A stretch of 64,000 nucleotides of DNA, from assembly GCA_029775965.1 (NCBI GenBank), contig JARVJU010000007.1, forward strand, positions 10,695 through 74,694, written 5' to 3'. Position numbers and translations under genes: made by a program. The stretch is from Nitrososphaeria archaeon. GTDB lineage: Archaea > Thermoproteota > Nitrososphaeria > Conexivisphaerales > DTJL01. The notes below the pieces were generated by a model, which saw nothing but the letters and a program-made list of their open reading frames with translations, did not search any database and was not told where the DNA came from. This document shows positions 38,652 to 47,494 of the stretch, one piece after another. Within the stretch, counting starts at the first letter, position 1, and every line of letters starts with the position of its first letter.

Positions 38652-39006
38652 CTTGCATCACGCGGCGAATACGCCACACACATGCCGAGATGGTATGCTA
38701 ATGAGCACACCTTAATAAAATCTCTGCGCAATAATTTTGCTACTTTTGTTCACATAATTGAAGTAAGAGTAAGACTTCGCATGAAAAAATATTTTCTGCC
38801 AGATCTATTCAACTGAAGTTTCGGATATTTTTTGTTATACGCTAGCGCCTGAGCTTTTAATCAGATAGACTGGAGGGGCATACTATTTATTCTTCTGAGA
38901 TAAATGATTTAAGAATTGCAATATATAGTGAATTTTACTAAAAAGACTTATGAATAAATAACTACCTTGTGGAAAATAATATATCTGACCTGTAAGTATG
39001 GTATAA

Positions 39007-39124
39007 TTGATGTCTCAACCACAAGGGTATACCATTGCAGGCAGGTTGGAAAGACTACCTTGGACAAGCTTTTCATACAAAGCTACTCATTCTACTTGCT
39101 CTCAGCGTATCGTCCATGATCTGA
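39007..39124 (+). pseudogene. Decayed N-terminal remnant of an MFS transporter gene
   Basis: MSQPQGYTIAGRLERLPWTS is a typical MFS N-terminus. The expected continuation FHTKLLILLALSVSSMI is in the +1 frame and then stops. It therefore has both a frameshift and a truncation. Confidence 0.35.
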
Positions 39125-39176
39125 ATTGTAGCAGCAGTCATGTAGCTTATAGAGTGCATCTGTCCTTAAAAGATTT

Positions 39177-39701
39177 TCAGTTTATATCTAGTTGCTTAAG
39201 AGTAGAAAGAAGTATTTTCTGTTTATACTCCTGATCATCTGATTCATCAAAATAGGGGTAGATGACAGGCAATGTTACCCCAGATTTTGTAAAGTGATCT
39301 ATTAGATCAGCTAGGGATGAAGGAGAAGGGTTGAACAAAGAGATTCTAGCAAGAGATTCAGGGACATATACTCTTCCTGCAGCCAGCTCTTCTTTTGCAT
39401 GCAGTATATCTTCATGTACACCATCTACAATGAACATCTTCTGGTACTGGGGTAAAGAATCATAATTTGCAAACTCCTGTATCATATTTCTCTGAGCTAT
39501 CTTCACATCATGGGAGTAGAATATCTTGATGTAGCATGCAAATTCCGCATCTCCTTTATGCTCAGACCTGAAAGAGCTTATCACCCTGCCCGCATGCTCT
39601 GCAGAGCAGAAATTCATCAGTATTCCATCACCTGAAGAGCCACAAAGAAGCCCACACTCTTTAGAGGTGGGAGGAATTGCTGCAGGCTGTTTATATAACA
39701 A
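39177..39701 (-). pseudogene. Probable 5'-truncated luciferase-like (LLM/F420-dependent) oxidoreductase fragment
   Basis: The 174 aa correspond only to the C-terminal half of LLM-family proteins (GSSGDGILMNF..., ...NPSPSSLADLIDHFTKSGVTLPVIYP). The N-terminal half is absent, and the fragment ends 28 nt from the tnpB start. Confidence 0.35.
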
Positions 39702-39729
39702 TATCTATAGTCTCCTTTAGTTAGGAAGA

Positions 39730-40919
39730 TTGCATCGTGCTATTCTCCTCCAGACAGAAGCAACAACACATAAACGAAGTGTTCTTAACAGATTCATGGC
39801 AAAGTCTGTTGCATATGCCAATCTAGTGCTTGATAACAGATTGCCTTATGACTCTGCCTCTTCTCTTCAGACTAGAATGTATCAAATGGGGAAGAAGGAG
39901 TATGGATTCAATGCACAAGTCATATGTGAGATAATTCGAACAATAGCAAACTCCAAAGGAAAAAATGTGAATAGCATAACAATCAAGTTCAACATACCCA
40001 GAAACTGCAAGACATTTCGAACAAAGGGGTTCTTCTTTGTCGAACTGGGGCTCTATCCTAGGCATAGGATTGCCATACCAATACGAAAGAACCAAAACTT
40101 CGACAGGTTCAATGATTTGCTTGGAAACGGATGGACATGCAAGACGTTTGGTTTAACTCCAACTCTGGATATAGTTGCTTATCTGTCGAAGAAAGACGAA
40201 CCACTGGCATCGAGAAGGAATGTCCTAGGTATAGATATCAACGCCAAGAACTTCGCCTATACTGTCCTGACTCCAGAAGGGAAGATCCTCAAACAGGGAT
40301 ATCTAGGGCAACAAATATGGATTAAGAAGAGGCATTTTGAAGAGCGAAGAGCTATCTTATCTTACAGCACTTTAACAACCTGAAGCGATTGAAGAGGATG
40401 AGGCATAAGAAGAGGAATTATGTGAAGACAGGCATAGGGCAGATGGTTAGAGATATAATTCTTCTAGCTAAAAGATATAATGCTGACATCTCTGTCGAGA
40501 AGTTAAAGAGGTTCAAGCCAAAGGGCAGAATCTTCAACAGAAAGGTTATGACTATACCACTAGCTCTCTTCAGAAGAATACTTGAAGCGAGATGCTTTGA
40601 TCATGGGATTATGCTGAACAGAGTTGATGCTTACCATACAAGCAAATGGTGTTCCCATTGCTGTGCTGTTGGGAATGGACATGATGGAAGCATATACTCT
40701 TTGTTCAGATGCAAAGAATGTGGCCAGGTTGTAAATGCAGATAGAAAGGCAAGCTTGGCTGTAGCTATCAAAACTCTGGTGTTGCGGAAGCGATTCCTAA
40801 CAAGAAATGGTTCCAGATTAACACCAGAAGAGTCCCTGTCAACTAGCTTATGCATGGCTCTTATGCACATGGGCTGGAGGCTGTGCATAAACCAGTCCTG
40901 GGAAGGGGCAAGCCCATGA
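39730..40919 (+). pseudogene. tnpB: tnpB (OrfB) RNA-guided nuclease gene, interrupted by a frameshift near 40340-40385
   Basis: Two ORFs in different frames (39730..40383 and 40389..40919). RuvC-I LGIDIN, RuvC-II ISVEKL, zinc finger CSHCC...CKECG, RuvC-III NADRKASLAVA. Combined length is about 393 aa. Confidence 0.8.
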
Positions 40920-40948
40920 ACTTCATTCATGGGTAGTTGACCAACTAC
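40914..40948 (+). repeat. Tandem hairpins at the tnpB stop (candidate right-end / omega-RNA terminal structure)
   Basis: CCATGAA-cttca-TTCATGG (7 bp) is immediately followed by GTAGTTG-ac-CAACTAC (7 bp). The tnpB stop TGA (40917-40919) lies inside hairpin 1. Confidence 0.5.
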
Positions 40949-41132
40949 TTACGCAGCAGAGCTTCTCAGGGATGCAGTAGGAATATCAAACTCTAATCCC
41001 TACCTGTACGGTATAGGCCTGCTCATATATGCAGTAATTCTGATAGTACTTGCAGGAAAAAGGATGAGGTGGAGAGATATCTAAAGCTCTGCACAAAGTC
41101 TTTAAACCCTGCCTAATCCATCATGCCCTGTC

Positions 41133-41327
41133 ATGGCCGACAGAATGAGCATGCTATTGAGGCTTGTTGGTCTTGCGACTCTGATTTCTGGGTTGCTTAT
41201 AGCATACTTTGCCATTACAAGCAATCCACCTCTGTATCCGCCCATAGAAACCTCCTACATGCTGATAGCTGTACTGCTCAGTGTTGCTGGTGCAATAACT
41301 GTTATAGCAAAGTACAGGGTTGATTGA
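41133..41327 (+). CDS. Small two-TM membrane protein
   Basis: 64 aa with two clear hydrophobic helices. ATG start, ends 6 nt before the next gene. Confidence 0.4.
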   Translation: MADRMSMLLRLVGLATLISGLLIAYFAITSNPPLYPPIETSYMLIAVLLSVAGAITVIAKYRVD

Positions 41328-41333
41328 ATTAAA

Positions 41334-42317
41334 TTGCTTAATATTGTATTTTTCGGCTACGGTAACAGCGCCAGAGCTACTGTAGATTTCCTGCAAAGAG
41401 TGAAAAAAGGGGATGTGAATCATGCTGGTGTATGGCATGATAGAGTAGCAGGATTCTCTGTCCGGGATGTAGAAGTTGCTGCCTGCTTTGAAATAGATAA
41501 GTCAAAGTCGGGTAAAGATGTAAGTGTAAAGATATTGCCAGGCATAATAAAGGATGAGATACCAAGACATATAGAGTCACGCAGCTTAATGCATTGGTCC
41601 GAAGAAGAGGTGATGAAAAGTCTTAAGCAGATTAAACCAGATGTGGCTTTCAACGTCATATCTTCAGGTCAGGACAACGCATCAAAAGCTTATGCAAAGA
41701 TGTGTGCAGAGCTCGGAATACCCTTTGCCAATGCCACACCTGCAAGCATAGCTACAGACAGCTACTTTAGATCCATCTTTGCAGAAAGAAAGACACCCCT
41801 TGCAGGAGATGACTTGATGAGCCAGCTGGGTGGAACGGTGCTCCACAAAGGTATAATAGACTTTCTTGATTCAAGAGGGATAAAGGCTGTAAGAAGCTAT
41901 CAGCTGGATGTGGGTGGAAGCCCTGACACTTTAAATACAATAAAAGACGACATAAGGTCTCAAAAGAGAAGGATAAAGAGCAGCTCAATAGCTGGTGAGG
42001 TAGATTACAAAGTTGATGCTGTTGCTGGTACCACAGACTATGTAGAATTTTTGGGCAGCAGAAGAACAATATATTTCTGGATAGAAGGAAGGGGTCCGCT
42101 TGATGAGCCATACGAGATTGATATATTCTTCAAAAGCAGCGATCCAGCAAATGCGGTTAACATAATCATAGATGTGGCAAGAGCCCTAGCTAAGGCGAAG
42201 ATTGAAGGTAAGGGGGGGTTGGAAGAGATAATATCAGCTTATGGATTCAAGAATCCTGGCAGACGTGTAAAACAAAGGTCAGCTTTAGCAGAATTTGAGC
42301 AGACCTACGTAGGCTAA
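41334..42317 (+). CDS. Myo-inositol-1-phosphate synthase family protein (short, divergent)
   Basis: 327 aa. ANATPAS, AGDDLMSQLGGTVLH and QLDVGGSPDTLN align in order with the MIPS blocks FTPS / GxDGKTGET / NxGGNxDxxN, but with substitutions. Confidence 0.5.
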   Translation: MLNIVFFGYGNSARATVDFLQRVKKGDVNHAGVWHDRVAGFSVRDVEVAACFEIDKSKSGKDVSVKILPGIIKDEIPRHIESRSLMHWSEEEVMKSLKQIKPDVAFNVISSGQDNASKAYAKMCAELGIPFANATPASIATDSYFRSIFAERKTPLAGDDLMSQLGGTVLHKGIIDFLDSRGIKAVRSYQLDVGGSPDTLNTIKDDIRSQKRRIKSSSIAGEVDYKVDAVAGTTDYVEFLGSRRTIYFWIEGRGPLDEPYEIDIFFKSSDPANAVNIIIDVARALAKAKIEGKGGLEEIISAYGFKNPGRRVKQRSALAEFEQTYVG

Positions 42318-42379
42318 ATTTTTCTTCTCGAAAGGCTTATAACAATTTGCAGAATAACTCGAAACTTGCGCCGTCGAAT

Positions 42380-42504
42380 GCCGTCGTTGGTCTAGTGACC
42401 GACGAAAGCTCAGCGTGGTAGAGCAGCTGACTTTGACCTGGAAGGCTGACGCTGTTAACCACGCAGAGACCAGCTGGTCGCAGGTTCGAGTCCTGCCGAC
42501 GGCG
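42380..42504 (+). tRNA. tRNA-Asn(GUU) with three introns (42388..42406, 42430..42450, 42458..42468)
   Basis: Spliced product: GCCGTCG TA GCTC AGCGTGGTA GAGC A GCTGG CTGTTAA CCAGC TGGTC GCAGG TTCGAGT CCTGC CGACGGC G (74 nt, G73). Each intron is bounded by a BHB motif with cleavage after the second bulge nucleotide. Confidence 0.85.
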
Positions 42505-42794
42505 CTTATCAATCATCATCATGCATTGCATAGAATTACATAGTTTGACAGCTGGCAAATGCGAAGCACGTAAATAAATTTAAAAATGTTCAGATATGGC
42601 ATGTAAAATAACCTAATAATCATTTCAATATCCCATGGCTTATTGCAAAGAAAGCCTTTGCTCCTTGGGCAGAGCTACTATGTAAAGAATGGCTATGAAT
42701 CAAAGTGGGAGCATGTGCTTTAGCTGCAGGAGACAAAAATAATCATCTCTGCATCCAGCAAAGGATAAATCACATGCAAAAGAGCTAGCTATGC

Positions 42795-44459
42795 ATGTAC
42801 AAAGCTTCACCTGCAGATAGCATGATAGTTGAGCTGTGGAAGAAGGTATATCCTTCAGCTGCCTATACCATAGGCTGGCCAGAGTATGCAGGTAAGCTCT
42901 TCATTCCAAGCAAAGCTAACGTAGAGACTGCATTGGCTGAAGTAAAAAAGATTAGGAAGCAAATACAGAATGATCATCAGGCAAAGATCTTGGACAGCAT
43001 CGAGCTCGACCTACTGTTTGAAGAGCCCCAAACAATAATAGAAGGGATAGTAGGTACTATATTCAATCATCTCACAAAGGAAGGGCTTAACGAAGATCAT
43101 ATGGTCTCTCTCGTTTCGAATGTGATAGAAGCGCTTGATGCATCAATAGAGAGATTCAAGGACAAGAAAGTCCCGACAGGTGTCAAGGTGCTGACTCTTT
43201 ACAGCCTTAATGGAATACTCGAGATTCTTGACGTTGTGAAGGATCAAGCAAAGAACCAAAAGCTAAAGAGCCTATGCAACGTTGCAAAAGCGAAAGCAGC
43301 TGAATTCGTTTCTATGTTTAAGGTGGAAGGCTTCACAAAAGGAACATATCAGGAGGTGAGAGCTATATTTGAAAGGGAGAAATTTGACCTTGGAAGGGAA
43401 AAGATCTACAAAGATGCGTTGAAAAAGTGGTACGATTATGACGAAGGAGCCGAGGAATTGGAGCAGAACGCTCTGAGATGGATTCAAGAGGAGTTACCTA
43501 TGTACAGAGAAGTGATAAGGCAACTTTCCCAGCTGTATAGCTGCGAACCAGCAGTAGATGAGGTTGAAAAGAAGATAGAATCAAGGGTAAGAATAGAACC
43601 TGCTGAACTTGTCCAGACGACAGCAGCAATAAGAAATGTTGTACAGCGTTTTATAAATGAAAAGATAGTAAGGATAAATCCAAAGTACGATACGAGGTTG
43701 ATAGAGACACCTTCATACCTGACAGGAACCTTACCTACAGCAGCAGCTGGATTCTTTGATTCTATCACAGAAAAGCCATTTCAGCTCTATTTTATAACTA
43801 CAGATAGAGACAGAGACCCAATGAAGTCCTTGGCCTCGATAATAAACACGCTTGTGCATGAAGAGTATGGTCATTGTGTGCATCATTCAAACAGCTCCGT
43901 TGGCTTTGTTGAAGAGCTGAACATTCTTGATCTTCTACCAACCTCTTTCCAAGGGCCAGTAAGCGAAGGACTTGCCTTTAACAGAGAGCTGGAATTTATT
44001 CATGCAATAAAGGAGCTTGAAGATAATAAAGAATTAAGTGCTATAGAAAGAGAATATGTAAACCTTATGGAAAGATACGGCGGACTTCATCTTTGCAATC
44101 TTGAGGTAGAGTACGAAACAAGAAAATGGAGGCTGATCAGGTTCTTAAGAGTTGTAGGGGATGTAAGGGTGAATACAGGAAAGCAGACACTTTTTGAGTT
44201 CATCGACTGGGCTCATGCCTATACAGGCGTGCCAGCTGCAAACATATACTTCCAGCTCTTTCCAGCTCATGAGAGTATAGGGCCAGGCTATGCGACATGT
44301 TATGCTGTTGTAGGTGAGAAGATAAGAGAGCTTGAGAGCAGGATCAAAGAAAAGAACAGAAGAATAGAATTCTCCACATATCTATCTAGTATAGGTTCTC
44401 CACCCACAAGTATATACAGGAAGAAGCTTGAAGATTATCTCAAAAAGATAGTTGCCTAG
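42795..44459 (+). CDS. Hypothetical HExxH protein, possibly DUF885-like metallopeptidase fold
   Basis: 554 aa. Single LVHEEYGHCVHH motif about two thirds along the protein, resembling the DUF885 HExxPGHH block. No signal peptide is evident. Confidence 0.35.
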   Translation: MYKASPADSMIVELWKKVYPSAAYTIGWPEYAGKLFIPSKANVETALAEVKKIRKQIQNDHQAKILDSIELDLLFEEPQTIIEGIVGTIFNHLTKEGLNEDHMVSLVSNVIEALDASIERFKDKKVPTGVKVLTLYSLNGILEILDVVKDQAKNQKLKSLCNVAKAKAAEFVSMFKVEGFTKGTYQEVRAIFEREKFDLGREKIYKDALKKWYDYDEGAEELEQNALRWIQEELPMYREVIRQLSQLYSCEPAVDEVEKKIESRVRIEPAELVQTTAAIRNVVQRFINEKIVRINPKYDTRLIETPSYLTGTLPTAAAGFFDSITEKPFQLYFITTDRDRDPMKSLASIINTLVHEEYGHCVHHSNSSVGFVEELNILDLLPTSFQGPVSEGLAFNRELEFIHAIKELEDNKELSAIEREYVNLMERYGGLHLCNLEVEYETRKWRLIRFLRVVGDVRVNTGKQTLFEFIDWAHAYTGVPAANIYFQLFPAHESIGPGYATCYAVVGEKIRELESRIKEKNRRIEFSTYLSSIGSPPTSIYRKKLEDYLKKIVA

Positions 44460-45592
44460 CTGTATTTATCCCTCATTTTTTTTGCAGCAGCAACCATGGA
44501 GGCAAGCTTGGAAAATGCTATACGCCTTGGAAAGCTTCTGTACATACCAGGAGCAAAACCACAGTCTGGGTTCAACCATATCTGCTCTGGGTCAAGAAAC
44601 TTTGCAACTCTTTCTGCTCTTTTGACTATTACATCAGGCTCCTCTACAGTTTTATCCATAACTCTTACAACACCTAACCCTAGCTCTCTATCATTGAGAG
44701 ATTCAGCAAACTTTGCCGGGTCACCACTACCTTCCGAAGCATACTCCAACACGAACTGTTTCACCTTTATGTCAAGCACGTCTGGCAATAATCTTTCGTA
44801 ACCAACCCCAAAAAATGGGGAATCTTTGTTTGGCCACCTGTCCATGTGCATCCCTATTCTCACCCCTGATATTCCCTTTATCGAGTCATTGATCAACTCC
44901 TTTGCCACATTAAGCTCCTCTTTAAAACCCCTGTACTTTTGGCCATGTATCAGCTCTATCACCCTTCTGTATCTATCCGGCTTTCCTTCCGTAGCTTCAA
45001 CAAGGTCCCCAAGCATAGGCTCATCCAGCTGAATAAACGAAGCTCCTGCATCCTTAAGCCTCAATATCTCCTCCCTGAGCACTTTGGAATAGTCTTTCGC
45101 CATGTCCTCAGGATGTGGGTATATTTCTTTGGACCTTTCGGCATGCCATGCTTCCCACATGACAAGATAAGGGCTTGGCAGTGTAACCTTGACAGGCTTG
45201 CTGGTTATATGCTTCGTGAATTTCAGCTCATCCAAGGCTAGAAGTGAATCCTGTATTCTTTCTACAGCCACTGCTCTCCAATATGTAAGCTGTGCCTTCT
45301 CCTTCTTCATTATTTCGAGCGCATCACGATTCAGCTCTGTAACATGTACTAGCTTAAAGCCCTTGACCTTCTGTCCAACGAACGAAACAAAGCTTGCCCT
45401 TCTCTGCTCTCCATCTGTTATTACATCGAGACCGCAGATCTCTTCCTCCTTTACTGTTAGTTTTATAGCATCCTGTATCGCCTCTTCGAGCTGCTCATCT
45501 GTAACAGCTCCCTTCGAGTGACCGTCAAACGCATCTATCAGAAACTTCGGCCTAGAAAAGCTACCAACCACGCTTGTTGTAAACATCCACAT
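44456..45592 (-). CDS. metE: Cobalamin-independent methionine synthase, catalytic-domain-only (core MetE)
   Basis: 378 aa. VVGSFSRP, ITDGEQRR, IQLDEP, NPDCGF zinc/homocysteine-site blocks. Confidence 0.85.
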   Translation of the reverse strand: MWMFTTSVVGSFSRPKFLIDAFDGHSKGAVTDEQLEEAIQDAIKLTVKEEEICGLDVITDGEQRRASFVSFVGQKVKGFKLVHVTELNRDALEIMKKEKAQLTYWRAVAVERIQDSLLALDELKFTKHITSKPVKVTLPSPYLVMWEAWHAERSKEIYPHPEDMAKDYSKVLREEILRLKDAGASFIQLDEPMLGDLVEATEGKPDRYRRVIELIHGQKYRGFKEELNVAKELINDSIKGISGVRIGMHMDRWPNKDSPFFGVGYERLLPDVLDIKVKQFVLEYASEGSGDPAKFAESLNDRELGLGVVRVMDKTVEEPDVIVKRAERVAKFLDPEQIWLNPDCGFAPGMYRSFPRRIAFSKLASMVAAAKKMRDKYS

Positions 45593-45723
45593 AGCTGTAA
45601 TGCAGTGGATATATCAGCTTTTTATCTAATCTCTCAAGAAGCCATATCTGCAAGGGCGGGGTAGTTCACTAATAATGTAAACCATCTAAACATAAAAATA
45701 ATAGCTTCTAGCCAAAGAGTGCG

Positions 45724-46593
45724 ATGCCAAAATCTAGAAAGTGGCAGAGCCAGAAGAAGAAGACCTCCAGAGCTGGAATAGCTATAGCTGCAATAGTGAT
45801 AATAGCAGCAATAGGAGGAGTAGCTTACCTGATAACGCAGTCCAATTCTGGCAAGGGTATTCTGGCTCAAGAGGAAGCGATGGTAGGGCAGCCTATTCCC
45901 TCTTCTCTGTACAATACAATTTCTAGCGTAAGTATATCTACTATTTCTGGCATGTCGACGAAGGGTGTTGCAGCGTTAAGCATATTACCATCGGGTACGC
46001 CTTTGCTGACCTATAACGGCAAGCCAGAAGTCCTTTACATTGGTGCAGAATACTGCCCTTTTTGTGCTGCAGAGAGATGGGGAATGGTGGTTGCACTGTC
46101 AAAGTTCGGTAACTTCAGCAATCTGTCATACATGCTGTCTTCACCTACAGACCCGGCTGGAAGCAATGTTCCAACCTTTACATTCTACGGTAGTAACTAC
46201 ACCAGTCAATATATATCATTCATACCTATTGAGGAAACTAATAGATATCAAAATGTAACACTTCAGACACCAACGCCAGAACAACAGAACCTTATGTACA
46301 CCTACGACCCTAACGGAAATATACCATTCATAGATATAGCAAACAGGTATATTCTGGTAGGCGCTCAGTTTAGCCCTAGCCTTTTCCAAGGTCTGAACTG
46401 GACACAGATAGCTTCGCAACTTGATAACCCTGATAGCTCAGTAGCAAAGGCAGTTGATGCCTCTGCCAACACAATAATAACAGCGATATGCTCTGTTGAT
46501 GGCGGTAATCCTGCTACTGTATGTAGCAGCTTCTCATACTCTCCAGCATCATTTCAGCCAGTAACTGGTGTTCGAGATGAGAAATCTTTCTAA
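45724..46593 (+). CDS. DUF929 thioredoxin-like membrane-anchored protein with CxxC
   Basis: N-terminal TM anchor, then [27 protein letters not shown], the characteristic DUF929 CPxC block. Confidence 0.7.
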   Translation: MPKSRKWQSQKKKTSRAGIAIAAIVIIAAIGGVAYLITQSNSGKGILAQEEAMVGQPIPSSLYNTISSVSISTISGMSTKGVAALSILPSGTPLLTYNGKPEVLYIGAEYCPFCAAERWGMVVALSKFGNFSNLSYMLSSPTDPAGSNVPTFTFYGSNYTSQYISFIPIEETNRYQNVTLQTPTPEQQNLMYTYDPNGNIPFIDIANRYILVGAQFSPSLFQGLNWTQIASQLDNPDSSVAKAVDASANTIITAICSVDGGNPATVCSSFSYSPASFQPVTGVRDEKSF

Positions 46594-46990
46594 GTCATTT
46601 GTCATCATATCTGTCATGGGCATTGCTATAGCAATTTATGATGCATACGAATATATAACGGAAGATTTCAGATACTGTTCTATAAATTCACGTTTTTCAT
46701 GCGGTGCAGTTTTTGCGAGTGGTCATACGTCCGTATTTGGGATTCCGTTTTATATTCTCGGCCTTATCTGGTTTCCATTGGTTCTTTTATCTGGTTTAGC
46801 TTCGATAAAGTCAAGAGGAGAAGCTTCAGGTCAGTACCTTTTGCTTTTGCTGATAGTAGGAGACATATTTACTATCTACCTGTGGTACCTTGAGCTTGTT
46901 GTTATAGGAGCCATATGCCCTGTCTGCTTAAGCCTTTACATAGTTAACTACATTCTTACAGCTGTTGTGCTTGCATCTTTTTTTGTCTAG
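46568..46990 (+). CDS. Vitamin K epoxide reductase (VKOR) family membrane protein
   Basis: 140 aa. Loop cysteine pair [22 protein letters not shown] and the TM CPVC active site. Overlaps the DUF929 gene by 17-26 nt. Confidence 0.8.
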   Translation: MFEMRNLSKSFVIISVMGIAIAIYDAYEYITEDFRYCSINSRFSCGAVFASGHTSVFGIPFYILGLIWFPLVLLSGLASIKSRGEASGQYLLLLLIVGDIFTIYLWYLELVVIGAICPVCLSLYIVNYILTAVVLASFFV

Positions 46991-46996
46991 TAATTC

Positions 46997-47494
46997 CTAA
47001 CCATAAGATGGTGGTAATTGCTCCTTTGGCACTCTTGCTAGAGCATTAAGTCTGAGGTCGGAATAATTAACTTCTCTTGCGCATGTGGCTGCTATTTCTG
47101 TTGCGGTTACCAGACCTATCATTTGATCATCTTGCATTACGGGCAGTCTTCTCACATTGTAAGTTATCATCAGTCTTGAAGCTTCCTCTATAGTAGCATT
47201 TGCCTGAACTGTTATAAGTGGTGTGGTCATTATGTTCTCGAGCAGTACATCCTTCGCTCTAAATCCTTCCGCAACTATCTTTCTTACGATATCTCTTTCC
47301 GTAACTATACCTACTATTAGCTCATCAACAGAAACAAGAACGCATGGAACATCCTTTTCAACCATAAGTCTGGCCGCGTCTTCAACATTCTTCTTTGAGG
47401 ACATAACGTAGAATTTTTTGCTCATAACTTCCTTTACGGCTGTCAATGCACCAGCAAGATGGTTTAACTTGTTATTAAAAGTGTTGATAGACAA
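46997..47494 (-). CDS. CBS-domain pair protein
   Basis: 165 aa with two CBS repeats (VMS..., GIVTERDI; MTTPLITV..., GLVTATEI). Confidence 0.8.
   Translation of the reverse strand: MSINTFNNKLNHLAGALTAVKEVMSKKFYVMSSKKNVEDAARLMVEKDVPCVLVSVDELIVGIVTERDIVRKIVAEGFRAKDVLLENIMTTPLITVQANATIEEASRLMITYNVRRLPVMQDDQMIGLVTATEIAATCAREVNYSDLRLNALARVPKEQLPPSYG

Larger units (their letters stand above)
39702..40948 (+). mobile_element. IS200/IS605-family tnpB-only element (IS1341-like), degenerate
   Basis: It contains a tnpB with no tnpA. The 3' end carries two tandem hairpins (40914..40932, 40933..40948). Both flanks are gene fragments. Confidence 0.55.

Noticed and set aside
38652-39006. Non-coding stretch upstream of the carboxylase operon, searched for ncRNA or an IS left end
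   Set aside because: Only short GC palindromes (GGCGaataCGCC, CGCTAGCG) and AT-rich promoter-like sequence were found. Nothing resembles the tnpB element ends or a structured RNA.
42425-42474. Alternative reading of the 42380-42504 tRNA as tRNA-Gln(UUG) with one canonical 32-nt intron
   Set aside because: This reading needs an A-C mismatch at 31-39, and no BHB can be drawn at the implied splice sites (CTTT versus GCAG do not pair). G1-C72/G73 and the TGGTC variable loop fit Asn. The three-intron solution gives perfect stems and three BHB motifs.
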